DNA of 64,000 bases from a bacterium (GCA_963675755.2 CAXXMD010000002.1:416001-480000); one strand, 5' to 3'. Counted from the stretch's first letter, positions 29,707 through 40,875 are shown. The notes: generated by a model from the sequence alone, not told the origin. Program-made: numbers and translations.

Positions 29707-31518
29707 GTGACAGTTTTTGATTATTCCATTATTTTTGTATATCTCTCCTCAATTATCCTGGTTGGGCTTTTGGCCCAAAAACGTGCAAAACAGGGTATAG
29801 ATTCGTATTTCCTGGGTGACAGATCATTACCCTGGTGGGCTTTGGGCGCTTCGGGTATGGCGTCAAATATGGATGTTAGTGGTACAATGTTAAATACAGC
29901 ATTTATTTTTGCACTGGGAGCATCCGGATTTTTTATCGAGATTCGCGGTGGTGTAACTTTGTTGATGGCTTTTCTTATGATATTTATGGGAAAGTGGAAC
30001 CGCCGTGCTCAGGTTATGACTCTTGCAGAGTGGATGCACCTGCGTTTTGGCAAAGGTAAAGAGGGAGATATAGCACGTTTAATTGCTGCTATTTCATCAA
30101 TTATTATGACTATAGCAATGATTACCTATTTTGCTATTGGTGCAGGTAAATTTATCGGCGAGTTTTTAGGAATCCCTGCATTTCTTGGACTTTCTCCTGA
30201 ATTTTGGGCTGCTACACTCATGATCACTTTGGCTATGATTTATACTGTATTAAGTGGATTATATGGTGTAGTTGCTACGGATGTTTTTCAGGGATTTATT
30301 ATTTTCGGTACAATTATTTATATTTGTTTTCTGGCAATTACAAAATATGCGCTTCCGGAGAGTTTTATCATTTCTGTTCCCATGAAAGATGGCACTTTTA
30401 TGGCAATGGAAACCACCCGAAATGCCTGGACCAATATTATACCTTCGTGGAGTTTGAATCTTCCGGAAGCCAGTGCGTATTCAATTTATAACCTGCTGGG
30501 AATTGCCATTATCTTTTATTTATTTAAAGTAACAATTGAGGGAAGCGGTGGTACCGGCAATTATATGCTGCAGCGTTATATGGCAGCTAAAAGCGATCGT
30601 GATACCGGTTTGCTCTCACTTTTTTGGACTTTTTTGCTTTCATTCCGTTGGCCGTTTATTGCTGCTATTGCAATGATGGGTGTTGCTTTCAGCACTCAAG
30701 GCGGAACTGCTCTTGATCCTGAAAAGATATTACCAACAGTTATTAATGAACTGGTTCCTGTTGGAATTAAAGGTTTGTTGATTGCCGGCTTAATGGCTGC
30801 TGCCATGTCAACTTTTGACTCTACTGTAAATGCTGGAGCGGCATATTGGGTTAAAGATATTTACCAAGCATATCTCAATCCCAAAGCGAGTAAAAAACAA
30901 CTTATGCTGCACAGTCGCTGGTCATCTATTATTATCGTATTGTTTGGACTGATTTTTACAATTTTCATCAAGAATATTAATGAAATATGGGGCTGGATTA
31001 CAATGGGTATAGGTGCCGGATTATTAATTCCCATGCTTATGCGCTGGTACTGGTGGAGACTTAACGGTTATGGCTTTGCCTGGGGTACTATTGGTGGTAT
31101 GGTTGCGGCATTTATTCAAAAAGGATTTTTCCCGGATATTCCTGAATATTTTGCATTTACTTTTGCATCCGGTGTATCTCTGGTTGCTTTGATTATTGGA
31201 ACCTACTTGACACCTGCTACAGATAAAAAAGTTTTGATGGAATTCTACAAACGTACTCGTCCTTTTGGATTTTGGAAACCTGTAACACAGGAAATTCCGG
31301 AAAAAACAATGACCGCAATTAACTCTGAAAATACAAGGGACCGGATTGCGACCTTTTTTGCAGTTCCCTGGCAGCTTGTATTGTTCCTGTTTATGATGAT
31401 GATCGTTATGGGGCGTTTTGATAATTTGTTATGGTTATCAATTCTTTTGATTTTCCTTTCAATTGGACTATATCATTTCTGGTTTAAGCACTTGTCAACC
31501 GAAGTCAAAATGGATTGA
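29707..31518 (+). CDS. Sodium:solute symporter (SSS), probable glucose/malto-oligosaccharide uptake
   Basis: YFLGDRSLPWW, AAAMST, multiple TM segments; last gene of the glucan locus. Substrate inferred from context. Confidence 0.85.
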   Translation: MTVFDYSIIFVYLSSIILVGLLAQKRAKQGIDSYFLGDRSLPWWALGASGMASNMDVSGTMLNTAFIFALGASGFFIEIRGGVTLLMAFLMIFMGKWNRRAQVMTLAEWMHLRFGKGKEGDIARLIAAISSIIMTIAMITYFAIGAGKFIGEFLGIPAFLGLSPEFWAATLMITLAMIYTVLSGLYGVVATDVFQGFIIFGTIIYICFLAITKYALPESFIISVPMKDGTFMAMETTRNAWTNIIPSWSLNLPEASAYSIYNLLGIAIIFYLFKVTIEGSGGTGNYMLQRYMAAKSDRDTGLLSLFWTFLLSFRWPFIAAIAMMGVAFSTQGGTALDPEKILPTVINELVPVGIKGLLIAGLMAAAMSTFDSTVNAGAAYWVKDIYQAYLNPKASKKQLMLHSRWSSIIIVLFGLIFTIFIKNINEIWGWITMGIGAGLLIPMLMRWYWWRLNGYGFAWGTIGGMVAAFIQKGFFPDIPEYFAFTFASGVSLVALIIGTYLTPATDKKVLMEFYKRTRPFGFWKPVTQEIPEKTMTAINSENTRDRIATFFAVPWQLVLFLFMMMIVMGRFDNLLWLSILLIFLSIGLYHFWFKHLSTEVKMD

Positions 31519-31536
31519 TAAAGATCTTGTAAATTT

Positions 31537-31573
31537 AAGGCCTGGTTCAAATTAAGAATCAGGCCTTTTTTTT
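31537..31573 (+). terminator. Intrinsic terminator
   Basis: AAGGCCTGGTTC/GAATCAGGCCTT stem followed by a T-run. Confidence 0.8.
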
Positions 31574-31735
31574 ATTTGAAAATAAAAAAAAGACTGGAAA
31601 TCCTGTTTCTCTTTGTTTATATTAAACATCAGGAATTAAAATTCCTTGTTTTAACTACTTTTAACAGTAAAATTCAATTTACTGCATCCACAATATTATA
31701 CTTGAACGCAATTCTTATTTTTTTGGAGGAAAGGA

Positions 31736-33490
31736 ATGACCACATTACATCCATTAGACTGGGTTGTTATTGCCCTTTATTTTTCTATTATTTTGGGGCT
31801 TGCCTGGTGGGTTATTAGACAAAAAAACGAAAACACCACAGATTATTTCCTTGCTGGACGTCATCTGGGCTGGTTTATTGTTGGTGCGTCAATATTTGCA
31901 TCCAATATTGGTTCTGAACATCTTGTTGGGTTGGCTGGTTCAGGTGCCACTGATGGTGTAGCCATGGCTCATTATGAATTACACGCCTGGTGTTTGTTGG
32001 TTTTAGGATGGGTAATGGTACCCTTTTATATGCGTTCTCAGGTTTTTACCATGCCTGAATTTCTTGAACGCCGTTTTTCACCTGCTGCACGTACTGTATT
32101 GTCCGTCATTTCTCTTGTAGCTTATGTATTAACCAAAATTGCCGTTGGTATTTTTGCCGGTGGTATTGTGTTTAGTGTTTTAATGCCAGACATTAACTTT
32201 TTAGGTTTGAATAGTTTTTGGATTGGTTCTATTCTTGTTATTTTATTTACCGGTGTTTATACTGTGTTGGGTGGTATGCGTGCTGTAGCTTATACCGAAG
32301 CTCTCCAAACAGTTGTTTTGATTTTTGGTTCTATTCTGGTAACTATATTTGGTTTAAAAGCTCTTGGTGGTTGGGGCGAGCTGCGAGCAATTGCAGGTTC
32401 TGAAATGTTTAACCTTTGGAAACCTATGGTTCCGGCTGGTATTGAAAGTACCTGGGCACCTGTTAAAGAAGCCGGTCGTATGGCTTGGTACTTTAATGAT
32501 AACTATCCCTGGTTGGGTATGCTACTTTGTGCTCCTATCATTGGGTTGTGGTACTGGACCACGGATCAGTATATTGTGCAACGCGCATTGGGTGCACCCA
32601 ATGAAAAAGAAGCTCGTCGCGGTACCATTGCTGCATCTTTTTTGAAACTGTTGCCTGTTTTTATTTTTATTATTCCTGGAATGATTGCTTTTGCATTGGC
32701 AAAATCAGGACAGGTTGCTCCCATAGCTACTGAATTGTTTGACGCAAATGGAGAATTGATACGAGATAACGCTCAAAAAGCTTTTCCACTGTTGGTAGCT
32801 CATGTTCTGCCAATTGGTGTTCGAGGAATTGTGGTTGCAGGATTGCTGGCAGCGTTAATGAGTTCTTTGGCTGGTGTGTTCAATGCATCATCTACGTTGT
32901 TTACCATTGACTTTTATTCAAGACTTCGTCCCCAGGCTTCTGAAAAGCAACTGGTTTGGACCGGTAGAATGGCAACTGTAGTTATGGTTGTAATTGGTTT
33001 ACTATGGATCCCGGTGATCCAGGGTGGTAGAGGTTTGTATGATTATTTACAGGGAGTTCAGGCATATCTTGCACCACCTATTTTCGTTGTTTTCTTTTTA
33101 GGAGTATTCTGGAAACGTTTAAATGCTAAAGGATGTCTGGCTGCTTTGATTACGGGTTTCTCTTTGGGCATTATTCGTCTTGCAATTGACACCCCTGTAA
33201 AATTGGGTGAAAATTTTACATATCCACAGGGTTCTTTTTTATGGGTAATTAATAATATTTTCTTTCAATATTATAGTTTGTTAATATTTATTGTTAGTAT
33301 TGTTGTAATGATTGCGGTTAGTTTTATGACAAAAGAACCGGATTATGCACAAATTAGCGGTTTGACTTTTGGTACAACAACAGATGAACATCGTAAAGAA
33401 TCTCGTTCAAGCTGGACTTCGCTGGATGTTGTATTCTCTGGATTACTTGTTGTGTTAATCCTGGTAGCATATATGTATTTTAAAGGTTAA
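31736..33490 (+). CDS. Sodium:solute symporter (SGLT-like)
   Basis: DYFLAGR, ASNIGSEHLVGLAG, WYWTTDQYIVQR, AALMSSL. Confidence 0.9.
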   Translation: MTTLHPLDWVVIALYFSIILGLAWWVIRQKNENTTDYFLAGRHLGWFIVGASIFASNIGSEHLVGLAGSGATDGVAMAHYELHAWCLLVLGWVMVPFYMRSQVFTMPEFLERRFSPAARTVLSVISLVAYVLTKIAVGIFAGGIVFSVLMPDINFLGLNSFWIGSILVILFTGVYTVLGGMRAVAYTEALQTVVLIFGSILVTIFGLKALGGWGELRAIAGSEMFNLWKPMVPAGIESTWAPVKEAGRMAWYFNDNYPWLGMLLCAPIIGLWYWTTDQYIVQRALGAPNEKEARRGTIAASFLKLLPVFIFIIPGMIAFALAKSGQVAPIATELFDANGELIRDNAQKAFPLLVAHVLPIGVRGIVVAGLLAALMSSLAGVFNASSTLFTIDFYSRLRPQASEKQLVWTGRMATVVMVVIGLLWIPVIQGGRGLYDYLQGVQAYLAPPIFVVFFLGVFWKRLNAKGCLAALITGFSLGIIRLAIDTPVKLGENFTYPQGSFLWVINNIFFQYYSLLIFIVSIVVMIAVSFMTKEPDYAQISGLTFGTTTDEHRKESRSSWTSLDVVFSGLLVVLILVAYMYFKG

Positions 33491-33511
33491 TTAAGGATAT
33501 TGAGGATAACT

Positions 33512-35197
33512 ATGAATAAATATGCAATAGGGTTGGATTACGGTACAAATTCTTGTCGTTCTTTGATTGTTGATATATCTAATGGTAAAGAACTGGCGAG
33601 CCATGTTTTTAATTATCCTACAGGTGAGGCCGGTATTATTGTAGATCCTGCCGATCCCAATCTGGCACGTCAAAATCCTGCTGATTATATTCAAGGCATT
33701 GAGGTTTGTGTTAAAAATGCTATCGATAAAGCTGGAAAAGTAGATTCTGAATTTTCTGCAGATAAAATTGTCGGTATTGGAGTTGATACAACAGGAAGCA
33801 GTCCAATGCCTGTCGATAGTGACGGACAACCGTTATGTTTCAAGCCTGAATTTAAAGATAATCCCGCAGCAATGGTATGGTTATGGAAAGATCATACCAG
33901 CTATAAAGAAGCACAAGCTATTACAGAGCAGGCCGCCAAAACAAGACCGCAATACCTTGCCAAAATTGGAGGAGTTTACTCTTCAGAATGGTTTTGGAGC
34001 AAAGCCTGGAATTGTCTCAAAACATCTCCTGATGTTTTTAAAGCAGCTTATGGTTTTGTTGAAGTATGTGATTGGATTCCTGCTGTTTTGGTAGGTGATG
34101 TAACACCACAGAATCTAAAACCCAGTGTTTGTGCTGCTGGTCATAAAGCCATGTACAGCCAGGATTGGGGTGGATTACCGGATAAAGAATTCCTCAGTAC
34201 ACTTGCACCTGAATTGGGCGAAATGCGAGAAAATCTCTATGATGTTGCGTATCCATCAGAACAGCTTGCAGGAACGCTTTCAGCTGAATGGGCTGCAAAA
34301 CTGGGTTTACCGGAAAACGTAGCCGTTGCAGTAGGCGCCTTTGACGCACATATGGGTGCCGTAGGTGCTGGTGTTAGTGAAGGTACTCTGGTTAAAATTC
34401 TGGGTACAAGTACCTGTGATATTATGGTTTGGCCAAATGATGAAAAAATGGCTGATATTCCAGGCGTTTGTGGAATTGTTGATGGTTCTGTTAAAGGTGG
34501 TTATTTTGGTATTGAAGCAGGACAGTCAGCAGTAGGTGATATCTTTCTTTGGTTTGTCAATAATCTTGTTCCTGAAAAATATGGCAAAACCATGGATGAA
34601 AAGTTTGAAAATCTTGAAAAAGCCGCTACTGCAATGAAACCTGGTGAATCCGGTTTGCTGGCACTTGACTGGAACAATGGTAATCGTACGGTTCTGGTTG
34701 ATGTTCGGTTATCAGGTTTATTGCTAGGTCAAACATTGCATACTGAAGCGCATGAAGTTTATCGCGCATTGATTGAAGCTACCGCTTTTGGTGCACTTGC
34801 CATCATTGATCGCATTGCGGAAAATGGTGTTGCAATTGAACAGGTTGTAAATTGTGGTGGATTGGCTATCAAGAATTCATTGTTAATGCAAATCTATGCC
34901 GATATTACCGGTCGTCCTATGAAGGTTTCGCGCAGCGAACAAACACCTGCACTGGGTGCTGCTATATTTGGTGCTGTTGCTGCTGGTATTTATGATAGTG
35001 TGGAATCAGCTCAAAAGGCAATGACTGGTGTTGATAAAGTATATGAACCCATCCCCGAAAATCAGGAAATCTATAAAAAGCTTTATGCTTTATACAAACA
35101 ACTTCATGATGAATTTGGAATACGAAATAATAATGGTAATCTTTATAATGTCATGAAAGATTTGTTGACAATAAGGGATGAGATAAGAAATAGCTAA
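33512..35197 (+). CDS. araB: L-ribulokinase (FGGY family)
   Basis: IGLDYGTNS, DTTGSSP, WKDHT, YSSEWFWSK, CAAGHKA, DWNNGNR. Confidence 0.88.
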   Translation: MNKYAIGLDYGTNSCRSLIVDISNGKELASHVFNYPTGEAGIIVDPADPNLARQNPADYIQGIEVCVKNAIDKAGKVDSEFSADKIVGIGVDTTGSSPMPVDSDGQPLCFKPEFKDNPAAMVWLWKDHTSYKEAQAITEQAAKTRPQYLAKIGGVYSSEWFWSKAWNCLKTSPDVFKAAYGFVEVCDWIPAVLVGDVTPQNLKPSVCAAGHKAMYSQDWGGLPDKEFLSTLAPELGEMRENLYDVAYPSEQLAGTLSAEWAAKLGLPENVAVAVGAFDAHMGAVGAGVSEGTLVKILGTSTCDIMVWPNDEKMADIPGVCGIVDGSVKGGYFGIEAGQSAVGDIFLWFVNNLVPEKYGKTMDEKFENLEKAATAMKPGESGLLALDWNNGNRTVLVDVRLSGLLLGQTLHTEAHEVYRALIEATAFGALAIIDRIAENGVAIEQVVNCGGLAIKNSLLMQIYADITGRPMKVSRSEQTPALGAAIFGAVAAGIYDSVESAQKAMTGVDKVYEPIPENQEIYKKLYALYKQLHDEFGIRNNNGNLYNVMKDLLTIRDEIRNS

Positions 35198-35202
35198 AAT
35201 TC

Positions 35203-35234
35203 AAGCCCTGTCGAAATTTCGACGGGGCTTTTTT
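35203..35234 (+). terminator. Intrinsic terminator
   Basis: AAGCCCTGTCGAA/TTCGACGGGGCTT stem followed by a T-run. Confidence 0.8.
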
Positions 35235-35270
35235 GTATGATCCAAATATTTTGAATTACGGGAGATATAT

Positions 35271-37142
35271 ATGCGTAGCAAATTTGTTAATTCTATATTT
35301 TTATTAATCGCTGCATTGGTTTTCCAGATTTATGCACAAAGTGATTTCAATTTTCTGGTTTATCCATATTTGCAGTTTGCTACAGATAGCAGTATCACCG
35401 TAATGTGGGAAACCAATTCAAAATCTTCAACCCAATTGTACTTTTCCCAGGATACTCCGCTTGCTCATGAAATATCAATTCCAGGAATGTCAACCATGCA
35501 TGAGGTTGTAATTTCTGGCCTTGATCAGGCAACAAAATACTTTTACCAGGTTGAATCCGTTAATGCCAAAGGGGACACATTAAAAAGTGAATTGTTAACT
35601 TTTTCTTCAACAGTTGACAAAAATACCCCTGTTAGCTTTGCAATTGTGAGTGACACACAAACCAATCCTCCTGTGTGGGGCAAAATATCTGATCTGGTCT
35701 GGCGAGAACGTCCACAATTCGTGCTCCACGGTGGGGATATCGTTGGTACAGGTAGAAACAAAGATCAATGGGTAAATCATTTCTTTGCACCTGCCAAAGA
35801 TTTAATGTCAAGAATACCTATTTATACTGTCCTTGGTAATCATGATGGAGATGATGAAAACTATTACCGGTATATGCATAACCCCGAACCGGAATATTAT
35901 TATACATTTCATTATGGAAATGTTCAATTTTTCATGATTGATACCAATCATGATTATTACGAATCAAGTGATCAATATGTCAGACTGGAATGGGATCTTG
36001 CAAATTCAAAATCTTTTTGGAAAGTGGTTGTACACCATCATTCACCTTTTTCGTCAGATGAAAATGATTTTGGAGATTCTTATAACGAAAAAGCAGACAT
36101 GGGTGAAGTGGAATTGCTGCCCCTGGTCAAGCTTTATGAAAAGTATGGTGTTGATCTGGTCTTTTGTGGTCATATTCATGATTATGAACGAAGCTGGCCA
36201 ATCTATGAAAATACAATAGATCAGAAAAGGGGAGTGATCTATGTTCAAACTGGTGGAGCAGGTGGCGGTTTGGAAAATTATGCACCGACCCGGTCATGGT
36301 TCACTGCCAAGGTGCATCGTGATCATCATTTTTGTCTTGTCAATATTTTTGATGGAACTTTGAACTTTCAAGCAATTGATCAGGATTGGCATTTGTTTGA
36401 TCAATTATCATTAACCAAAAAGCAACCTCAAATAATAACATCCGAGCTGGCCCCACCGGCACCATTGCTTGAACCTAAAAAACAGGTTTTTCTTAAAAAG
36501 ACTACTGTTGAAATTAAAAGTGCCTTTAAAGATGCTAAAATATATTACACGCTTGATGGTCTAGAACCTAATGAAAACTCGCAATTGTATACACAGCCAT
36601 TAAATATTTCAAAAACACTAACTCTAAAAGCTTGTGTTGTCTATAATGATAAAAAAAGCCAGATTGTAGAAGGAAGATATGAAAAAGCCGTTTTTTCAAC
36701 TCCTGTAAAACGTAAATCTATTAGTAATGGATTGGAATACAAATATTATGAAGGTCAATGGCAATACCTTCCGGATTTTAAATCGCTTAACATAGTTAAT
36801 AGTGGAATTTCTGATGATCTGGATCTTGATAAAATAAAACAGCGTGATGACTATTGGGGCGTTGTATTCAATGGTTTTATTAGTATTCCCGCAAAAGGTA
36901 TTTATACCTTTGCAACCAATTCCGATGATGGTACTCGTTTATATATTGCTAATAAATTGGTAGTCGATAATGACGGTCCACACTCGCCAAGAAGCATATC
37001 AGGACAGATTGCTCTGGAAAAGGGGATTCATCCGTTCAAGCTTGAATATTTTGATGATTACGGTGGCGAAGTACTTGAAGTTTGGATTAGCGGCCCTGAT
37101 TTTGAAAAGCAATTACTGCCTCTGGATTTATTAGGTCATTAG
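35271..37142 (+). CDS. Secreted purple-acid-phosphatase-like metallophosphoesterase with Fn3-associated and PA14 domains
   Basis: SDTQ, HGGDIV, GNHD and GHIH metallophosphoesterase motifs; IYYTLDG; PA14 SDDG...DNDGPH. Confidence 0.85.
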   Translation: MRSKFVNSIFLLIAALVFQIYAQSDFNFLVYPYLQFATDSSITVMWETNSKSSTQLYFSQDTPLAHEISIPGMSTMHEVVISGLDQATKYFYQVESVNAKGDTLKSELLTFSSTVDKNTPVSFAIVSDTQTNPPVWGKISDLVWRERPQFVLHGGDIVGTGRNKDQWVNHFFAPAKDLMSRIPIYTVLGNHDGDDENYYRYMHNPEPEYYYTFHYGNVQFFMIDTNHDYYESSDQYVRLEWDLANSKSFWKVVVHHHSPFSSDENDFGDSYNEKADMGEVELLPLVKLYEKYGVDLVFCGHIHDYERSWPIYENTIDQKRGVIYVQTGGAGGGLENYAPTRSWFTAKVHRDHHFCLVNIFDGTLNFQAIDQDWHLFDQLSLTKKQPQIITSELAPPAPLLEPKKQVFLKKTTVEIKSAFKDAKIYYTLDGLEPNENSQLYTQPLNISKTLTLKACVVYNDKKSQIVEGRYEKAVFSTPVKRKSISNGLEYKYYEGQWQYLPDFKSLNIVNSGISDDLDLDKIKQRDDYWGVVFNGFISIPAKGIYTFATNSDDGTRLYIANKLVVDNDGPHSPRSISGQIALEKGIHPFKLEYFDDYGGEVLEVWISGPDFEKQLLPLDLLGH

Positions 37143-37154
37143 TTAGGATGCATT

Positions 37155-38447
37155 ATGCGTCGCATACTTGAAAAATGGCTTTTAAAAAGTAATCAGTTTA
37201 TATTTATTTGCTATGCAAGTTTTGCAGCGTTTTCGACGTATGCCTGCATGTATGCTTTTCGTAAACCTTTTAGTGTTGCTACTTTTGAAGGTTTACAATT
37301 TTTAAATATAGATTATAAAATTTGGCTCATTATTGCACAGGTACTTGGTTATACATTATCCAAATTCATTGGAATCAAAATTATCTCTGAACTCAAATCC
37401 GGTAAGAGGGCATTAATTATTCTGGGTTTTATTGGTTTTGCCGAGTTATCTTTGTATTTATTTTCAATTGTACCTATGCCTTTTAATATATTTTTCATGT
37501 TTTTAAATGGTCTCCCACTGGGAATGATATGGGGAATTGTTTTTTCTTATTTAGAAGGTCGTCAAGTTACCGAAGTACTTGGTTCGGCTCTGGGGGTGAG
37601 TTTTATCGTGTCCTCCGGTTTTGTGAAAAGCGTGGGCAAGATAGTTATGATAAAATGGGGATTTACTGAATTTCAAATGCCTTTTGTTACAGGTCTCTTG
37701 TTTTCAATACCTCTTTTGTTATTTGTATGGATGCTTGATCAAATACCACAACCTACAATTCATGATAAAGAAATGCGTACTGATCGTGTACCTATGCAGA
37801 TAAAAGATCGTCGATCTTATTTTGCTAAATTTGCAGTTGGCATTATCTTGTTAACGCTTAATTATATGTTTTTGACCTCTTTTCGTGATTTAAGAGATAA
37901 TTTTGTTGCTGAAATTTGGCAAGCTCTCGGCTATATCGATCAACCCATGATTTTTACATATACTGAAATTCCTATAACGATTGTTGTTTTAATCATTATG
38001 GCAAGTATTGTTTTAGTAAAAAACAATCAGCATGCCTTTCTTCTCAATCATTTAATTATATTATTGGGTGTTATATTAATAGGTGTAGGAACATTTCTTT
38101 ACCAATTGCATCTAATATCTCCTCCCATTTGGATGAGTTTGAATGGTTTGGGTCTCTATTTGGCCTATATACCTTTTAACTGTATTCTTTTTGAACGTTT
38201 TATTGCTGTTTTTAAAATTGCTGCAAATGCAGGATTTCTAATCTATATTGCAGATGCCTTTGGGTATCTGGCTAGTTTTGGTGTACTATTGTACAAAAAT
38301 TTCTCGAGCATAAATTATAGTTGGTACCAATTTTTTATTCGTTTTAGTTATTTTATATCCATTTCCGGCATATGCCTGACCCTTTTATGTTATTTTTATT
38401 TTTACTATAAATTCAAAAACATTTCAACTCTTACTATGGAATCTTGA
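37155..38447 (+). CDS. DUF5690-like multi-pass membrane transporter
   Basis: AAFSTYACMYAFRKPF, FSYLEGR, FERFIA and GFLIYIADAFGY motifs recalled for this family; many TM segments. Confidence 0.7.
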   Translation: MRRILEKWLLKSNQFIFICYASFAAFSTYACMYAFRKPFSVATFEGLQFLNIDYKIWLIIAQVLGYTLSKFIGIKIISELKSGKRALIILGFIGFAELSLYLFSIVPMPFNIFFMFLNGLPLGMIWGIVFSYLEGRQVTEVLGSALGVSFIVSSGFVKSVGKIVMIKWGFTEFQMPFVTGLLFSIPLLLFVWMLDQIPQPTIHDKEMRTDRVPMQIKDRRSYFAKFAVGIILLTLNYMFLTSFRDLRDNFVAEIWQALGYIDQPMIFTYTEIPITIVVLIIMASIVLVKNNQHAFLLNHLIILLGVILIGVGTFLYQLHLISPPIWMSLNGLGLYLAYIPFNCILFERFIAVFKIAANAGFLIYIADAFGYLASFGVLLYKNFSSINYSWYQFFIRFSYFISISGICLTLLCYFYFYYKFKNISTLTMES

Positions 38448-38453
38448 TAAATA

Positions 38454-40186
38454 GTGAAAAAGTTTGCTCTGGGACTACATCATTTAAACATTGCCTATGT
38501 TGCCGGTGATTATAACTCTTATCATCGACAGGTAACAGAATCAGTTATTCCCTTGTTTGATCTACTTGATCGTCATCCATCCTGGCGTTTCAATATTGAG
38601 TTGAGTGGTTATTCTATTGAATTTATTGCAAATCATTATCCCGCAGTTATAAACCGTTTACATGCATTCATTGAATCAAAACAGATCCATCTCATTTCTA
38701 CCGAGTATGCTCCAAGAATTTGGTTTTTTTTTCCACGTAAAGATATGATTAAATCAATAGAGATGAATACTCAAATTTTACACAAATATGATTTAAAAAC
38801 CAGTCGCATTTTCTTTGCACAGGAAAATTTTTTCGGCCCAGGGGTTAGCTCTTTGTACAATTGGTTTGATTCTGCAATTGTTAAAGACGACTATTTTTAT
38901 CATCTCTATCCCAATTTGATCAATAATGATAAACAACCCCCATATTATCAATTTGGTAAAATGAAGTTGTTGGTTGGTTGGGGACATATACTTGAAGAAA
39001 TGGCTGGAAAAGTTTTTAAATCAAAAGATCAAATAAATTCTGGATATAAACACTGGCCTGAAAATAGATTGAATTTACTTGGAAAAGCATTAAACGGAAG
39101 ATTATTTGGACGCAAAGTCCCTTTTCAATCACAAACATTTAGTAACATTGAATGGACCTGGTATCATTTTGGATCGAGTGAACGTTTTCTAAATTTTGGA
39201 CAGATCCTTCAGATCCTGACCGATATATATTTGAACCGGAATGGATTTCTGTTGCTGAAAAGTGTTTGGAAGCTTTTGAAGAAAAAGGATTTGTTATTTC
39301 AACAATTGATGATTTTTTAAATGCTATTGATGAAACCGGATTTGTTCCCCCTGAATCACCACCCTTAATTGAGGGTTCCTGGAATATGGAAAAAAGCAGA
39401 GGGGGATACGTTTGGATGGGGTTAGATACCAGTGACTTTCACAATACCCTTAAAGTCCGTAATCAGAATTCAATCACCCGAAAACAAATTGTTAGATTGG
39501 AACAATATTCTGAAATTAAAAATAACAAAAGGCTCTTGAATTATCTATGGAAACTCCAACTCCTTTCCGAAACCAGCGACTCTACCGGCTGGCAACCCAA
39601 ACCCTGTGAGGTTGAATTCAGCCTTTTAAAATCCAAACGAATTCAACGTGTTTGTGATCTATTAATGAACCGGAAAAATGATAAATCTCAAACGTTCTCA
39701 TGGGCTGAAATTTTTAATGGTAGTCGAATTTCACAGGATGAACTCTATACCAAAAGTTTTGAAATTTATGGTGCCGCTTCAAAATCTGAATTTGTACTGG
39801 ATAATTCAGGAATTCAATTTATTAGAATAGAATTCTCTCCAAATAAGAATTTTGCCGGTGTGGGATTTAATTTAACAGAGAATAATGTACAATATTCACC
39901 AGCATTACTTGAACAATTAATCAATAAGATAAAACTTGATGCTTTGGCTCCTGAACAATTATGCCTGCCATTAACTAACGGATTCATCTCAATAAACACA
40001 AATCTACATATCATTAAAAATAACGATCTTTTTAATCTATGCTGTATTGTAGATAAAAAAGTGAATATGCTCAAGTTTGTAGTAGAGAAAGAAAATTTAG
40101 AATGTTTTGATTGTGAATTTCTTTTGTATAAAGGGAATATTTATAAAGCATTGGAACTGGCAAATAAATTAAACCGGGCTGTTTAG
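38454..40186 (+). pseudogene. GH57-like glycoside hydrolase split by a single frameshift near 39185-39188
   Basis: N-terminal LGLHHLN/FNIELSG and C-terminal LSETSDSTGW resemble GH57 regions. The second frame is open from 39182; adding one T to the T4 run fuses both ORFs into 577 aa. Confidence 0.6.
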
Positions 40187-40200
40187 AACAACCCGGTTTT
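40171..40200. terminator. Hairpin between convergent genes
   Basis: AAACCGGGCTGTT/AACAACCCGGTTT. Confidence 0.6.
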
Positions 40201-40205
40201 AAAAT

Positions 40206-40787
40206 CTATTTTAAATCTGCCAACTTGTTGATTACTTTGCCGGCAAGTCCGTATTCAATCGCTTCTTCAGCTGTCATCCAGTAATTACGGTCCGTATCTT
40301 CGGCGACACGTTCATAAGGTTGACCTGTTCTGTCAGCAAAAATCCGGTTCAAGCGTTCACGCATTTTAATAATTTCACGTGCTTCAATACTTATGTCAGA
40401 AGCCATGCCGCCAACACCACCACTGGGTTGGTGAAGCATAAAACGGGTATTTGGTAAACAGAAACGTTGTTCTTTTGGAGGCGCAGAATAAATCAACGCA
40501 CCAGCACTTGCAACCCAACCGGTACCGATAATGTCAACCATGGGTTCAACAAATCGGATCATATCGTGGATGGTATCACCAGCTTCAACGTGTCCGCCCT
40601 GTGAATTGATAAAGATTTTGATTTTTTCATCAGAGTCATTTGCCAATATCAGGATTTTTTCAGAAACTTCTTGTGCAACTTTTTGGTTAATTTCTCCAAA
40701 AAGCATAATTGTACGTGTATCCAAGAGTTTTCCGGAAATTACATTGTTGAACATATTTTCCGGTTTATTGTCTTTTTCTTTAGCCAT
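40206..40787 (-). CDS. clpP: ATP-dependent Clp protease proteolytic subunit
   Basis: FINSQGG, catalytic Ser in VASAG, His in MLHQP, DTDRNYWMTAEEA. Confidence 0.95.
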   Translation of the reverse strand: MAKEKDNKPENMFNNVISGKLLDTRTIMLFGEINQKVAQEVSEKILILANDSDEKIKIFINSQGGHVEAGDTIHDMIRFVEPMVDIIGTGWVASAGALIYSAPPKEQRFCLPNTRFMLHQPSGGVGGMASDISIEAREIIKMRERLNRIFADRTGQPYERVAEDTDRNYWMTAEEAIEYGLAGKVINKLADLK

Positions 40788-40875
40788 TCTAAACCTTTCG
40801 TCAAGTATACGTCATTTCCTCTACATACAAACTACAAAATTATTCAAATAATTTCAATAATTTATTCATTTCTTA

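Noticed and set aside
31576-31818. 80-aa ORF upstream of the second symporter
   Set aside because: TTG start right after a terminator, no RBS, overlaps the real gene in another frame.
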